IMG/VR virus record: IMGVR_UViG_3300045988_020417 | Span: 1 to 35,443 of that record | Direction: 5' to 3' (one strand) | From: a virus | Length of the DNA: 35,443 bases | In this document: piece after piece, positions 33,499-35,443 of the stretch | How positions within the stretch are numbered: position 1 is the stretch's first letter | Layout of the letters: each line of letters opens with the position of its first letter | Translations under genes and position numbers: made by a program | The notes under the pieces: model-generated | The model's database searches: none | Seen by the model: the letters and a program-made list of their open reading frames with translations, nothing else | Told to the model about the DNA's origin: nothing

Positions 33499-34479
33499 AT
33501 GCCACAACAGGGGTGGGTAAAACTTCATAGAAAAATACTTGAAGACGAATTGTGGATTGACTGCACTCCGGAACAAAAGGTCATTATGATGACACTGCTA
33601 ATGCTTGCTAATCATGATGATAAAAGCTGGATATGGCAAGGCAAAAAGTTCTCGATTAAGGCCGGTCAACTAATCACGTCGATCGAATCAATTAGGAAGA
33701 TTTCCGGAAAGAACATCAGTTCTAAGAACGTGCGTTCGGCTTTGGTAAAATTCGAAAAATACGGATTTCTGGCAAACGAATCGGCAAAGACCGGACGCCT
33801 TATAACCATTACTAACTGGGCAAAATATCAAAGTAATGACGAGGAGGTGGCAAAGCAAGAGGCAAAGAGGTGGCAAAGAGGTGGCAAAGAGGTGGCAACT
33901 AACAAGAATGTAAAGAATGTAGAGAATATAAACACACGTGCATTTAGCACGTTAGAGAGTGAGAAAAATAGTTCGCAGGAGGCAACCCAAGGATACTCTG
34001 ATGAAGGAAGCACAGATAAGCAAGAAGATACCACAGAAAGCACACTAGATGCTAACTTCGAGAAGCTCTGGAAACTGTATCCAAAGAAGATCGGCAAGAA
34101 GCCAGCACTAGCTGCTTACAAACGAGCGATGACACGGAAGAAGAATCCTGCTACCAACAGACAGATTCAGGATGGCATTGTGGCTTATCGCCAGCTAATC
34201 AATAGCAAAGGTACAGAAAAGCAATTCATAAAAGATGGCAGCACGTTCTTTAACCAAGAATCTTGGAATGATTACTTGGAGGTTATCAAAGAAGAGCAAG
34301 AGGAACAACAAGCCCGTAAGCCGAAGTTTGACCCGCAAAAAACAGCCATCGCTATGTACCTTGATTACAACAGCCTAGATCGCGTGCTTGAGGAAATCAA
34401 AGCGCAGGGTATTCCGATCGATCCAGAAGATGCTAAACGTTACATTGATGAATACGATGAACGGAGGCAAAACGCTTGA
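33499..34479 (+). CDS. Replisome organizer / replication initiator
   Basis: A winged-helix-like N-terminus (GWVKLHRKILEDELW...), a C-terminal FEKLWKLYPKKIGKKPALAAYKRAM segment, and internal iterons. Confidence 0.7.
   Translation: MPQQGWVKLHRKILEDELWIDCTPEQKVIMMTLLMLANHDDKSWIWQGKKFSIKAGQLITSIESIRKISGKNISSKNVRSALVKFEKYGFLANESAKTGRLITITNWAKYQSNDEEVAKQEAKRWQRGGKEVATNKNVKNVENINTRAFSTLESEKNSSQEATQGYSDEGSTDKQEDTTESTLDANFEKLWKLYPKKIGKKPALAAYKRAMTRKKNPATNRQIQDGIVAYRQLINSKGTEKQFIKDGSTFFNQESWNDYLEVIKEEQEEQQARKPKFDPQKTAIAMYLDYNSLDRVLEEIKAQGIPIDPEDAKRYIDEYDERRQNA
33845..33935. repeat. Candidate origin: 11-bp-phased iterons (GGTGGCAAAG) plus an adjacent AT-rich AGAATGTA repeat block
   Basis: GGTGGCAAAG at 33846, 33869 and 33880, GGTGGCAAC at 33891, and a partial copy at 33861. 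These are followed by aagaatgtaaagaatgtagagaatataaac. Confidence 0.6.
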
Positions 34480-35443
34480 CAAAAAAACTTTATGACCCTA
34501 GCAATCCTGAGCCACATGTCATGTATGGACTATATACGAAGCCGGAACTCATCAAGTCTGAATGGATTGATCCTAAATGGTTTAACAACCAGCAATACGC
34601 TGCAGTAGTTGCCTACATGAACAAGTTGCCAGGTGACGTAGATACGCTGGAATTGCAGGATGGTTTTGCAACAGCTCATCCAGGCGTGATGTCAGCAGCA
34701 GATTGGCAGTACATCTTGACCAGTGATTTTGGCACCTCACGTTTTGACTGGTGGGTAGGCAAGCTAAAGCGGGACTATTTCCGTAGTCAGCTCATCAAAG
34801 CAGCACAAGCGTACTCGGAAGAGCCAAGTGATGATAACCTGACAGCAATGATGGAGGCTTCACAGAATGCGACTGCTGCCAGTCAGACGGTAACTGAAAG
34901 TACCATTGCTGATTTGGCAGCAGACATGGAAGACAAAATGATACACGGTGCCGCTGACAATGGGATTAAAACGTACTTCACTCTTAACAACATTCTTGGT
35001 GGTGGCTTGATGCCGGGACGTTTGTTGACGATTGGTGCGCGCCCCGGTGTCGGTAAATCAGCATTCGCGGTCAATCTCATCATTGAGGCTTTGAAACAGC
35101 AACCGGAATTGACAGTTGATATGTTTTCGCTTGAAATGTCAAATGCAGAAAACTACAACCGCTTGTTGGCCTGCAAGACTGGCATCAGTGCTGGTAAATT
35201 CATCAACCCGCAGAAAAGTCTAAGCGATGCTGAGAAGGTTGAGGTTGAAAAGGCGGGAAACGTCCTTAAAGACTATCGCTTGCAGCTTTACGACAAGCAG
35301 GTGGAATTACCGCAGATCGTCAAAACAATGCGTCAGCGAGCCGCAGAAGCTGATAAAGGCTATCTTGCAATTGTTGATTATCTTGGGTTAATTGGTGTTC
35401 GCGGTCAGCCGGATCGTCGCTTGCAGATTGAGGAAATCACGCG
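34476..35443 (+). CDS. dnaB: Replicative DNA helicase (DnaB-like), N-terminal and Walker A part; runs off the window and continues at 100..394
   Basis: GGAGG RBS 8 nt before TTG 34476 (TTGA overlap with the upstream stop). Walker A GARPGVGKSAFAVNLI. There is no stop before the window end. Confidence 0.85.
   Translation, partial: MTKKLYDPSNPEPHVMYGLYTKPELIKSEWIDPKWFNNQQYAAVVAYMNKLPGDVDTLELQDGFATAHPGVMSAADWQYILTSDFGTSRFDWWVGKLKRDYFRSQLIKAAQAYSEEPSDDNLTAMMEASQNATAASQTVTESTIADLAADMEDKMIHGAADNGIKTYFTLNNILGGGLMPGRLLTIGARPGVGKSAFAVNLIIEALKQQPELTVDMFSLEMSNAENYNRLLACKTGISAGKFINPQKSLSDAEKVEVEKAGNVLKDYRLQLYDKQVELPQIVKTMRQRAAEADKGYLAIVDYLGLIGVRGQPDRRLQIEEIT

Overview
The window is a complete, circularly permuted dsDNA siphovirus genome. 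Its unique length is about 35,344 bp, because bases 1..99 repeat exactly at 35345..35443, inside the DnaB helicase gene. The gene content looks like phages of Lactobacillaceae or related Firmicutes: an SPP1-like head module, a Dit/Tal/BppU baseplate, a phi-LC3-type holin and a GH25 endolysin. All credible genes are on the + strand, and I found no integrase or CI-type repressor.

Gene order: DnaB 3' end, RusA, YopX and several small ORFs; an ArpU-like late regulator; an ORF-free region of about 480 nt that looks like structured RNA; a Dam-like methyltransferase; a GcrA-HTH/metallophosphoesterase fusion; an NrdH-like redoxin; TerS; a heavily interrupted TerL; portal, minor head protein, scaffold and major capsid protein; a GT-A glycosyltransferase-like gene; head-tail connectors; major tail protein; G/GT chaperones; tape measure protein; Dit, Tal and BppU; a clan GH-A hydrolase; the lysis cassette. 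After a terminator and a strong promoter comes the early region: a Cro-like HTH, Gp157, ERF, HNH proteins, SSB, and a replisome organizer with internal iterons, then DnaB.

Main observations:
1. The capsid and tail-tube proteins both end in Thr-rich tails with the same terminal motif (TTTTSHA), and a glycosyltransferase-like gene sits in the head module. Together these suggest a virion O-glycosylation system.
2. TerL is broken three ways. A group I intron carries a GIY-YIG endonuclease, and an intein is itself split by a stop codon and a free-standing, self-promoted HNH endonuclease gene.
3. The ORF-free region contains many hairpins, two D-arm-less tRNA-like minihelices and its own terminator.
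4. The methyltransferase needs a -1 shift at an A6 run to gain its N-terminal motif, and it carries an in-frame 18-bp tandem repeat.

All calls come from reading the sequence and the ORF translations by eye. No database search was run.
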